Positions 21,569 through 31,814 of a stretch of DNA of 64,000 bases are shown one piece after another (the stretch's first letter is position 1; the number at the start of each line of letters is the position of its first letter). The DNA is from Scenedesmus sp. PABB004. Its lineage: Eukaryota. The stretch covers positions 310,001 through 374,000 of the forward strand of contig JABVCE010000011.1 in assembly GCA_014905635.1 (NCBI GenBank), given 5' to 3'. The notes under the pieces are model-generated. The model saw nothing but the letters and a program-made list of their open reading frames with translations. It searched no databases and was not told the origin of the DNA. The position numbers and the translations under genes were made by a program.

Positions 21569-22950
21569 TCAGCGCGGCCCCATCGCGTGCGCGGCCGTGT
21601 GCGCCGCCACGGCCGCCTTCCACGCGCGGTCGGCTGTGAGCGCGGGCTTGCGCAGCAGCATGTGCAGCGCGGCGAGCACGCACGCCACCGAGCGCATCTC
21701 GGTGCCCACCACAAAGCAGATCACGCCGCTGCGCTCGTCGACGTAGGGGTTGAGGATCGGCGTCACAAACTTTGCACACGGCTGCCGGCCCGGGAAGGCG
21801 TGGCTAAACATCAGGCGCACGTGCCACCAGCCCCCCGCATAGGGCGTGCCCTCGGGCCCGGCGAGCTGCCGGCGCGCGCGGCGGGGGACGCAGGTCAGAG
21901 CGGCGGCCGCGTCGGAGGCCAGAGCTGCGGCCTGCCCAGCGATGCGCTGTGCTGCGCGCGACGTGCACGTGCACGCGCGCGCGCGCGCGCGCCTGGACGT
22001 GCCACACCAGCGGGTCATCGGCGTCCGGCGCGGCGCTGATGCCAGGCATGGGGTGGCGCATGATGTGCCTGAACTGCTTGGCCAGCTGGGCCTCCGTGCT
22101 GGTGCCGATGCGCGGCGTGTCCGCGCCCGGCGCGGTCACCGGCTCACCGACGATGCGCGCGCCGCCGCCGCCGGCGGCGCCGCCCCTCTGGCGCTCCACG
22201 GCCTGAGCGGCGGCAGCGGCAGCGGCGCGGTGCTGCTCAGCTCTTGCAGGAGACTGCCCGCGACGCCAGCGGCTGCAGCGCCGCCCTGCCCGCGCGCTGC
22301 CGGCACCGCGCGCTGCCGGCCCCGCAAGCGGCGCGCGCGCCCGACCCCGTGTCACACCTGGACGGCGTCCAGGCCGGGCTTGAGCGCCAGCGGCTTGCCG
22401 TCGTGCGCGGAGTCCAGCTCCTTGCCAGCATATGCCAGCCTGACCTCAGCGGCGCAGGAGCCCATCGACCGCGCCACCTCGCGCCGCAGGTCGCCGCCGG
22501 TCGTGACGCCCGGCGTGACCTCGACGCGCAGCAGCTGGCCGGCCGCGGTCACCACGGTGAGCTCGCGCCGCAGCTCGGGCGCCGGCGCCGGCGCGGCGGC
22601 GCGGCGCCGCATCGCGTGCAGCAGCGGCGCCGTGCCGGGGCGGGGCGCGAAGGCCTCGCCGTCGCGCGCCGGCGCGAGCTCGTCCCTGCGTGCGCGAGCC
22701 GCACGTCGTCGGGCCGTGCACCGGTGCGGGCCGCCACCTCGGCCCGGATGTCGCCCACGGTGGACCCCGGCTGCAGCGGCACGCGCAGCACGGCGCCGTC
22801 CTGCGTCACGATGTCCACGTCCGTTTGCTGCGCGCGCAGCCGCACGGCGGGGGCGTGCCCGCGGGGCGCGGGGCGCAGCAGCGCAGCGGGTGCGGCGGCG
22901 GACGCGCGGCGCGGCGCCGGCAGCGCGGGGCGGCGCGCGGCCGCGAGCAT
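21569..22950 (-). CDS. Fusion protein: transit-peptide-like leader, two ubiquitin-like domains (second ends RQRGG), UBC/E2 domain; 3 exons; 1-nt frameshift at 22684-22686
   Basis: Ubl1 VDIVTQDGAVLRVPLQPGSTVGDIRAEVAARTGARPDDVRLAHAG; Ubl2 LTVVTAAGQLLRVEVTPGVTTGGDLRREVARSMGSCAAEVRLAYAGKEL; intron 22357..22203; E2 GISAAPDADDPLVWHVQ|LAGPEGTPYAGGWWHVRLMFSHAFP...KFVTPILNPYVDERSGVIC; GC-AG intron 21992..21866; TGA 21571-21569. Confidence 0.8.
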
Positions 22951-23122
22951 CGCGCTGGCGTGTTGGGGCGCGTGAGGGGGCGGCTGGGGCGGTTCGAGAG
23001 CTTTGGCGCGCGGGGGGCGCCGCGGCGGCGTGGCACAGCTCGGGAGCGGGACCGAGGTTCAGCGCGCGCCGCCGCATGACACTCCCCCGCGGCACGCCGC
23101 ATCCTGCCCCAGTCCGCCCCTC

Positions 23123-26100
23123 TCAGTGCCGGGCGGGCTTGGCCATCGCGCCGCCGCTCACGCGCGGGCTGCCCGCGGCCGAGCCGGGTCGGTCCGCCAG
23201 GCGCGACGCCGGCCGCGCGGCCGCGCCGCCGGCGCCGCCGCCGCCCGCCGCGCCGAAGCTCGCACGCTGCCCCGGCGCGCGCGGCGGGCTCGCCGGCGGC
23301 GCGCCGCCGCCCTCCGCCGCCGCGCCGTCGCCGGCGGGGTTCGCCGCGGCTGCGGGCGCGCGCCGCGCCGCGCCGAGCTCCACCTGCGCCGCGCGCGCTG
23401 CAAAGTTGAGCGACGACAGCGTCTCGCTCGCCGACGCGGGCTCGGGCGAGCAGCAGCAGACCAGCAGGACCTTGCTGCTGCCCGACAGGCTGTCGGCGAG
23501 CACCTGCACAGGTGCGCGCGGGTGTGCGGGTGCGGGCATGAGGGAGGCCGCCGCCGCGCGGCGTCCGCGCCGGTGCCGCCGCCGCGCCACTTGCACAGCC
23601 CCCGGGCGCGCACGCGCGCCTGCGTGAGCTTGCTGTTGCGGAAGGGCACGTGCGCGCCGCGGCGCTGCAGCGCGGCGATAACGTCGCCGAGCGCGGAGAG
23701 GCTGCGGTTGATGGCCTGCGCCTCTCGCAGCTGCTGCCCGGCGACCTCGCTCCTGTCCACGCGCTCCGAGCCCGCCAGGTCCACCAGGTGCAGCAGCGAG
23801 CTGAACGGCGCGCCGCCCTCGCGCCGCCCGCAGACGCGCACGCTGAGCACGGCGTGCGAGCGGCTGCTGTTGGCGTTGAGCGCGGTCGCCGCGGTCGCCC
23901 GCGCGCGCGCGCCCTCCCGCAGCACCGCCTGCACCTCCCCGGCGTCGCGCACGGGCCGCCAGAGCAGGCCGGGCACGCTGCGGGGCGCGGGCGGGTGTGG
24001 CGGCCCCGCGCGCGGCGTCAGGCGGCCGAGGGGGTGCAGGGCGCGCGGGCGCAGGCGGGCGCGCCCGGCGCGACGCCGCACCGGTCCATGCCGGCCGGCA
24101 GCTCGCCCGCGGGGAGGCCCGACACGTCGAGCGTGTGCGCGGCCGCGGCGGCCGCGGCGGCGGCGGCCGCGCCGCCGCCGCCACCCGCGGCGCTGGCCGC
24201 GGCGGCCATGGCCAGCAGGTCCCGCACCGCCTCGTTGTAGATTTCCAGCATCGCCACCTGGGGTGGGGCGGCAGGAGCAGCGGCGGCGGCGGCGGCGGTG
24301 GAAGGTGGAGGGCCAGGCTCCGCGCGCGCCAGCCCCCGCGAGCCGCAGCACGGCCACGCGGCGGTGCAGGACGGCCGCGCGCGCAGCCGCGGCTGCGGGC
24401 CCACCGACCTGGAACGACCAGCCCCCGTTCGCCTCGTCCGCGGCGATCGCAAACAGCTCCTGCGACCGCGCGGCGGGCCGCAGCGCGCCGCGCGCGCGGC
24501 GGGCGTTCAGCACTCAGCAGAGGCCGCGCCTGCGCGCGCGCAGCCCCGCGTGCGTGCGCCCGTCGGTTGCGTGCCGGACCTGCAGCGCGCGCGCGTTGAC
24601 GCCGAGCGCGTCCGGTGGGCCGTCCATGGTGAAGGTCTTGCCGCTCCCCGTCTGGCCGTACGCGATGATGGCGGCGTTGAAGCCGTCGGCGCACGAGCGC
24701 ACGAGCGGCGACACCTCCTCGTACACCTGCGGCGGGCACAGCGGCCGGGCGGGGGCAGAGGCAGGGGCGGCCGTCGGGCGCGTCCGGCTGCGCACAGCGC
24801 GGCGGCTGCAGCTGCCGGCCGCCGCGCGCGTCGTCGGCCCGCGCGGCGCCGTGCAGGTCGCGCCTGCGCCTGGCCCGCCTCGGGCGGGAAGACGGCGTCA
24901 AATTCAAACTCCCGGCTCCGCGCCGTCGACGCGTCGCAGACCGCGACGAGGCCCTCGAGCGGGAAGCTCACGGCGCTCGCGGCGCAGCCGCCGGGCGGCG
25001 CGCGCCCGCGCGGCGACGCCGGCGCCGGCGCCGCGAGCGGCGGCCGCACGCGGCACATCACGCGGATGTTCCCCCGCAGCACCTGTGACGTGGCAGCGGT
25101 GGCACGAGCACCCTCAGGCCTCAGCGCACACGCGCAGCCTGGCCCGGCGCAGCGCCGTCGCGTTTCCCCGAGATGCAGGCCCCGCGGCCAGGGCGCCGCG
25201 CCTGCAGCTGCTCGTGCAGTCGCCGCCGCACGCCGCGCTCGCGCATGAACCGCTCCTCCCACTCCGCCGCGGCGGCCGCCGACGCGGCCGCCGCGGCGGT
25301 TGACGCGGCCGCCGCGGCGCGCAGGCCCTCGAGCGGCGCGAGCTGCGCCGCGAGCCGGTCGCGCTCCTCCGCCGCGTGCGCGGCCTCCGCGGCGCCGCGC
25401 TCGCGCTCGCCCGCCGCGGCCGCGAGCTCGGCGCGCAGCGCCGCCAGCTCGCCGCCGCGCTGCGCGAGCTGCTCCTGCAGCAGCGCCCGCTCCGCGGCGA
25501 CCTTGTCCAGCTCGCTGCTGCTCGCGTCGCCCCAGATGCGCGCCTGCGCGCGCGCCTCCTCCAGCGCCTGCGCGTCGCATGCAACATGTCGCCACGCCGC
25601 ACGCCGCGTCACAGCTCAGCCGCCGTCGCAGGCGGCGCCGCCACCGCCGCCGCACCTGGCGCACGGCCGCGCCCTCGCGCTGCAGGCCCTCCGCGGCGGC
25701 CGCCGCGTCGGCGAGCTGCCGCTCGAGCTCATACTTGACTCGCCAGGCCTCCAGGTTCTCACCCTTCAGCGCCTCCACCTCACCCCTCAGCGCCTCGGCC
25801 TCGCCCGCCGCCTGCGCCTGCGCCGCCTGGCGAGCGTGCGCGTGCGCGGGCGGCGGCGCGGCGCGGCGGCGGCGGCAACGCTGGTCGGCGACGCGCGGCC
25901 GCGAGCTGCCGGCGCCGGCGCGCAAGAGCAGCGGCGGCGCACTCGGGCTGCTCCATGCCCCCCCCCCCTACGCACGCAAGCGCACCAGGGCCGCCTGGAC
26001 GCGGGCCTCCGCGTCGTACAGCCGCTCGTTGGCCTCCGCGAGCGCCGCGCCCGCCGCCTCCTGCACGCGCGCGGCGCCGCCGTCGCCGTCGCCGCTGTCG

Positions 26101-26938
26101 CCGTCGGCAACATAGTACCTGCACCGCAGGCGGCCGGCGCGCGCGAGCTCGGACCGCGCAGCCGTGGAGGAGGGCGCGGCTGGCTGAGACGGTGTGGAGC
26201 GCTGCGCCGGCGCGCGCGCCTGTAATAGTGCTTCAGGCTGGCGCGCCACTTGGCCTGGCCGCCGCCGCTGCTGCCGCCGCCGCCGGCGCCTGCCAGCGGC
26301 GCTGCCAGCGCCGCGCCGCCGCTCCGCCGCGCTGCCGGCGAGCCCGCCTCCGGCCCGGCCGCCTCCGCCGGGCTGGCGCGCCCGCTGGTGGGGCTGCCGT
26401 CGCCGGCGGGTGCCGCTGCGCGAGCGCCGCCGCCGTCGGGCGCCGCCGCCGCCCTGGCCGCCAGCGACGCGCGCGCGAGCCAGCCCGGCACGCCGGCAGG
26501 CCACTCGCGCCCCGCCACATCGCCCCGCCCCCGCTCGGCATCGCCCAGGCTGCTCAGCAGCTCCCGGTTGGCCGGCGGCAGCGCCGCCGCGCCTGCCGCG
26601 GCGAGCGCGGGCGAGGCAGGCGTGGCGCGCGGCGGCGCCAGCGCGGTCAAGCGCCGTCGGCGACCGCCCGCACCGTGCAGCGCGGGGATGAGCTGCTGCT
26701 TGGCCCGGGCGTCCTGCACCTCGCGCTCGTAGAGCCGGCCCTCCAGGGACGCAATCCTGGCGAGCAGCCTGCAGCGCGCGGCCGCGCGCCGGTTGCCGCC
26801 AATTTTGTGGCGCGTGCGACAGCGAGGGCAGCAGCGCAGGCGGACGCGCGGCGACGGGCCGCACCTGTCCACCATCTCGCCGCTGCCGGCCGCGCCTGCG
26901 ACCGCCGCCGGGCGGGCGAACACGCCCGCCTCCGCCAT
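23123..26938 (-). CDS. Kinesin-14 family motor (coiled coil followed by C-terminal motor domain), multi-exon
   Basis: [23 protein letters not shown] (kinesin-14 neck), [71 protein letters not shown]. The start codon is less certain than the motor. Confidence 0.93.
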
Positions 26939-27321
26939 CGCGCCGCCGCCGCGCCGCGCTCACATGCGGGCTGGCACGCCGTGGAAGCTGCACGAGTCAC
27001 GTCGCTGCGCCCGGAGCTGCCGCCAGCCCCAGCAGCAGTCTCCGTGGCAGTTGGCAGTCGCGCGGGCGCGTGACGAGCAGCGGGCTGCGCTGGTGACCGC
27101 CGCCGCCGCCCGCAGCCACTCGACCGACCCCGCGGCCAACCGCAGCATCACAACCTGCTGCGCACAATCTGCCGGCGGACACAGCCGCCGCCGCTGCCGT
27201 CGACGCGGCCGCCGCCGCTGCTGCTGGCGGCGCCGCAGTTGCTCCTGCGCCGCAGTCGTCAGAAGCTGCTGCGGCGCAGCCACCAGCAGCTGCTGCCCCC
27301 GCAGTGGCCGGCCGACAGCGC

Positions 27322-28674
27322 ATGGCGGCGCGGCGCCAGCTGCGCCTGCCGGTGCCCGTGTCCATCGTCACTGGCGCGCTCGGCGCCGGCAAGACGACCG
27401 CGCTGCGCGCGCTCTGCGCCGCGCGGCCCGCGGGCGAGGTGTGGTGCGTCGTCGTGAACGAGTTTGGGGCGGTCGGCATCGACGGTGGGCGCGGCGGCGG
27501 GCCCGCGCGCGGCCGCGGCCGCCCCCGCCCGACGCCGCCCCGCCAGCGCGCGCGCAGCCGCGACGATCGAGGGCGCCGGCGTGAGCGCGGGCGCGAGCGA
27601 CGGCGGCGGCGTGGCGGTGCGCCAGCTCGCGGGCGGCTGCGCGTGCTGCGTGCTGGGCGGGCCGCTGGCGGCGGCGCTCGCGCAGGTCATCCGCGCCACC
27701 AAACCCGACCGTCTGCTGATCGAGCCGAGCGGCCTGGCCAACGCGGCGAGCCTCATCGACATCCTCACCGCGCCGCCGCTGGGGCCGTCGCTGCAGCTGA
27801 ACGCCGTGATCTGCCTGGTGCGCCGCGCGGGGCTGAGGCCTGTCGGCGGCGCGGCGCGGCGCCCCTCGCGCCCCAGCCGCTGGCGGCGCCGCAGGTCGAC
27901 CTGACCAGCTTTGAGCCGGCGGCGCTGCTCGCCAACGCGACCGCGGCGGACCAGGTCGTCGCGGCGGATGTACTTGTCGGCAGCAAGGCCGACGCGGCGG
28001 CGGCCGGCGCCGCAGAGGCGTTCGAGCGCTGGGCGGGCGAGGAGCTGTTTCCGGCCAAGGCGCAGGTGCTGCTGGTGCAGCGGGGTCAGCTCGACCCCGC
28101 GCTGCTCGACGCGCCGCGCGGGCAGTGCCTGCTGGCCGCGCCCGGCCGGGGCAGCAGCCGGGGGCGGCAGCAGCACGCCGCGGCCGCGGCGGCGGCGGCG
28201 GCGGCCGCGGCTGCCGACGGGGGCGCGCGGCAGCAGGCGGCGGCCGGCGCCGAGCCGGCGCCGGAGCCGGCGCCGCGGCGCCCGGCGCGCGTGCCGGGCG
28301 TCGACCTCGGGCCGCAGGCGCAGCACGTGTCGTGCGGCTGGGTGTTCCACGAAGGCGACACCTTTGACCGCGCCGCGCTGCTGTCGCTGCTGCGCGCGCT
28401 GAGCTGCGCAGCGCCGGCCGTCGCGCGCGCCAAGGCGGTCGCGCGGCTTGGGCCCAAGGCCTGGGCCGCTCCTGCAGGCGCCGGCGACGCTCTGACGCTC
28501 GCGCCGGTGTCGTACCGGGGGCGCAGCATGGTGGAGGTGATCCTGGAGGCCGGGCCCGCCGCGGAGGCGTCCGCGCGCGCCGCGCTCAGCGCGCGCGGCG
28601 CGGTCGCCGGCGGCGGCGGCTCGCTGCTCGACGCGCTCGAGGCCGCGCTGGTGGGCTGCCTCGTCGACCCGTGA
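27322..28674 (+). CDS. COG0523/CobW-family (ZNG1/YeiR-like) P-loop GTPase metallochaperone, 3 exons
   Basis: IVTGALGAGKTT, VVVNEFGAVGID, GGCACC (CxCC), LLIEPSG, G4-like SKAD, CobW_C-like SCGWVF...FDR...ARAK; TGA 28672-28674. Confidence 0.9.
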   Translation: MAARRQLRLPVPVSIVTGALGAGKTTALRALCAARPAGEVWCVVVNEFGAVGIDGGRGGGPARGRGRPRPTPPRQRARSRDDRGRRRERGRERRRRRGGAPARGRLRVLRAGRAAGGGARAGHPRHQTRPSADRAERPGQRGEPHRHPHRAAAGAVAAAERRDLPGAPRGAEACRRRGAAPLAPQPLAAPQVDLTSFEPAALLANATAADQVVAADVLVGSKADAAAAGAAEAFERWAGEELFPAKAQVLLVQRGQLDPALLDAPRGQCLLAAPGRGSSRGRQQHAAAAAAAAAAAAADGGARQQAAAGAEPAPEPAPRRPARVPGVDLGPQAQHVSCGWVFHEGDTFDRAALLSLLRALSCAAPAVARAKAVARLGPKAWAAPAGAGDALTLAPVSYRGRSMVEVILEAGPAAEASARAALSARGAVAGGGGSLLDALEAALVGCLVDP

Positions 28675-28835
28675 GCCGCGCGGGTAACGAAAGGTTACCG
28701 CCAAGAGTCAGACACGGTCGAATACATCGCAGTGCGGTGCGCGCGTCGGAGGGACGCGCGCGGCGCTGCGCAGACCTACGCTCTAGCGCGGCGTCGAGGC
28801 GGCCGCCGGCTGCGCTCCCGGCAGCGGGGGCATCA

Positions 28836-29203
28836 TCACAGCCGGTGCCACACGCCGTTGGCAAACAGCGCGACCCCCAGCGCGACCACAAACGCGCCGG
28901 CCGCGGCGCCCGCGGCGCGCCCGCCGCGCGGCGCGACGCCGCCGGCGCCGCTCGAGCGCCCCGAGCGGCCCGAGCTGGAGCTCCCCCGCGTGCCGCCGCC
29001 GCGCGACGGCGGGCCGCCCGCGCGCGCGAGCACGATGGCGATCGCGCCGGGCACAATGAACGCCTGCACTGTGCTCGCGACGTCCCCAATCAGGCTCAGC
29101 GCGGAGAAGATGTCAGGGACCACGCACGCCGCGAGCACCATGCCCAGCAGCAGGCCGTACGTGAGCGCGTAAAAGTGCTCCTGCTCCCGCGCGCGCCAGC
29201 TCC

Positions 29204-29243
<40 letters not shown>

Positions 29244-31429
29244 AGGGCGGCCGCCGGGGTCGGCGGGGCCGACGGCGAGCGCGATCGCGTCCCCGCCGCT
29301 GCCGCCGCCACCGCCGCCGCCGCCGCCGCCGCTGCTGAAGCTGAACAGGCGCCAGGGCGCGCGCGACCCCGGCGCGCCGCCGCCGCCGCCGCGCCACGTG
29401 AAGCCCGCGCCGGGCCGCCAGCTGCCATAGGCTGGCTGGTCCATCGCATCAAACTCTTGCAGGACGCGGCTGTCGTCCAGCACGTTTGCGTCCGCCTGCT
29501 TGACCGCGACGGGCAGCCCCGCCGCCGCCGGCGCCGGCGCCGGAGGCGGCCGCGGCGGCGCCGGCGGCGGCGGCGCGCCATCGGCGCTGCTGCCCAGCGG
29601 CGTGCGCCGCCGCGCGCGCGCGCCGCCGCCGCCGCCGTCGCCGCGCCCGCTCCAGAGCATCTCGGCGAGGCAGGAGCGCAGCGGGTGCATGTAGAGCAGC
29701 AGGCTCGCGATCAGGGAGACCAGGAACCCGCCGCGCAGGCTCCAGCTCAGCGCCCGCGCGAGCACGGGGCCGACGCGCGGCTCGAGCTCGCGCGTGCTGA
29801 ACGAGGCGAGCACGTTGACCTGCGTGGCGCGCCGGGGCGCGCAGGGCGGCGACGTCTCGGCCGTCAGCCGCCGCCCGCGGCACGCGGCGAACCGAGGTTT
29901 CGCTGCGCGGAGCGCCTCCCGCCGCGCGTCCCCGCGCGCGCCGCGCCTGCACGTCGTCGCCAAACGCGAGCGCCGCGCCGAGGCTGAGCGTGAGGTAGGT
30001 CCCAAACGCGAGGCACAGCGCGGCACCGATCGCCGCCTTCATGCGCGCCGGCGAGTAGGGCACCAGCAGCGGCATGAGCGGGTGGACGCTCTGGTGCGCC
30101 ACCTGGGCGGCGGCGGCGCGGCGCCACGTGGCGGCGTCAGGTGTCGGCGCCAGCGGCAGGGGCAGCGTCGCTGCCGCGCCAGGGGCCCGGCAGCGTGACG
30201 ACGGCCAGCGCGGCGCAGCCGCCTGCGCCGCGCTCACGTAGCAGGCGATGAGCACCGGCATCACGGCGGTGAGCGCCTCAAGCTGCGCGCCGCGCGTCGG
30301 CCCCAGCATGGCCCAGTTGGGCGCGAGGGGCAGCGCCGCATCGCCGCGCGCGAGCGCGGCCGCGCCGAGGCCCGCGCACGCCGCCGCGAGCAGCGCGGTC
30401 GCGGCGACGCCGACGACGTTGAGCGGCGCGAGGCGGTCCATCGACCTGCGCGTGCGCACGGGTTCAGGGTTTAGGGTCGACGGGCAGGCCGGCCGGGCGG
30501 GCGGCGCGAGGTGTGGCGGCAGGGCGTCGGCGGGCCCGGCGCGGCGCTGCGCGGCGCGCGGGCGTCGCGCGGCGCGCGCACCGCAGCAGCAGCAGCGGCG
30601 CGCAGACCACGGCCGCGACCGCAATGACCACGAGGCGCGGGTCGGCGCCGCCAGCGGCGGGGCCGAACAGCTCGCAGAGCAGCCCGTCGCACGCGTCGGC
30701 GCCGCTGCCGACGAGGATGTCACGCACGATGACCTGGCGGCGGCGGCGGCGGGCGGGCGGGCGGGCGCGGCGGCGGGCGGGCGGGCGGGCGGGCGGGCCG
30801 GCTCGGGGCGGGGCGGCGGTGGACGCGGCGCTGCAGGCGTGCGGCGCGCGGCGGCGCCCCACGCGGCGCCCCCGGCTGCCGCCGCCCCGTCCGCGCGCCC
30901 GTCTGCGCGCCCCGTCCGCGCGCGCAGCGGCGCACCAGGTACACCACACCGAAGCCGGCGCAGAAGGCCAGCACCGCGAGCTGCAGCGCCTTGGCGCCGC
31001 GCCAGCCCAGGCACGCCGTGGCGAGCTCGCTGTACGTCGCCGCGCCGCGCGCGGCCGAGCCGTCCACGAGCACCGCGAGGGTGTAGTAGGTCAGCCCTGG
31101 CGGCGGCGCGGGGCCCAAGGGTCGGCGCGCGGGCGGCTGCGGCTGGGCGCGCGGCCGCCCGACGCGCCGCGCGGGCGCGGGCGCGGGCGCGCACCTGCGA
31201 CGCCCGCGAGCATCGCGGTGCCCGCGATCGCGCCCGTCGCGACGAAGGCGCGGGGAATGGCCATCATGCCCGCGCCGATGATGACCTTGGCCAGGTTGGC
31301 CACCGCGCGGCGCGCCGACGCCGCCGCCGCGGCGGCCTCCGCCGCGCTCGGCGGAGGCGGGAAGAGCAGCGGCGTGTGCAGCTCGCTGCCGTCGTCGCTG
31401 CCGTCGCTGACGCCGCCGTCGCTCGCCAT
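28836..31429 (-). CDS. Amino-acid transporter, AAAP/AVT6 (SLC38-like) family, multi-exon
   Basis: ANLAKVIIGAGMMAIPRAF, TYSEL, PLLLLR|SMDRL, VLIACY|VAHQSVHP, FGDDVQ|VNVL, VPDIFSALSLIGDVAST..AFIVPG; N-terminal acidic dileucine ELHTPLL suggests vacuolar targeting. Confidence 0.9.
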
Positions 31430-31814
31430 GGCGGCGACCAGCAGCGCGGCGCACGGAACTGCGCTGCTGCCGGCGGCGCGGGCGCAGCGCCTGGAGCGCC
31501 AGCGGGCGCGGGGGACGCAGATCGCGCTGGGCACACCGGAACTGGGCGGGCCCCAGGCGCGCGGGCTCGGGAGCGGGCGAGGCGCAGCCAGGCTCGCGAG
31601 CAGCAGAGCCCGCGCGGCTCAGGCCCCGGGGCCCCGCGCTCATTCGGCCGCTCTCCGTGCTCGCGGTAGCGCATCACAACACAGCGCGCGCGCACCGCAA
31701 CCGCACACCCAACCGCCCCACGGCGCGCTGCGCTGCGCTGCGCTCGCTGCTGCGCCGCTGCCGCCGCCGCCCTCCACCGCTGCGCCAGCAGGCGCGCTCA
31801 GCGCGTCAGCCGCC

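Noticed and set aside
30460..30477. Telomere-like GGGTTCAGGGTTTAGGG (also CCCTAAACCC near 33770)
   Set aside because: Only 1-2 units, each shortly upstream of an intron acceptor on the sense strand; more consistent with branch-point-like sequence than interstitial telomere.
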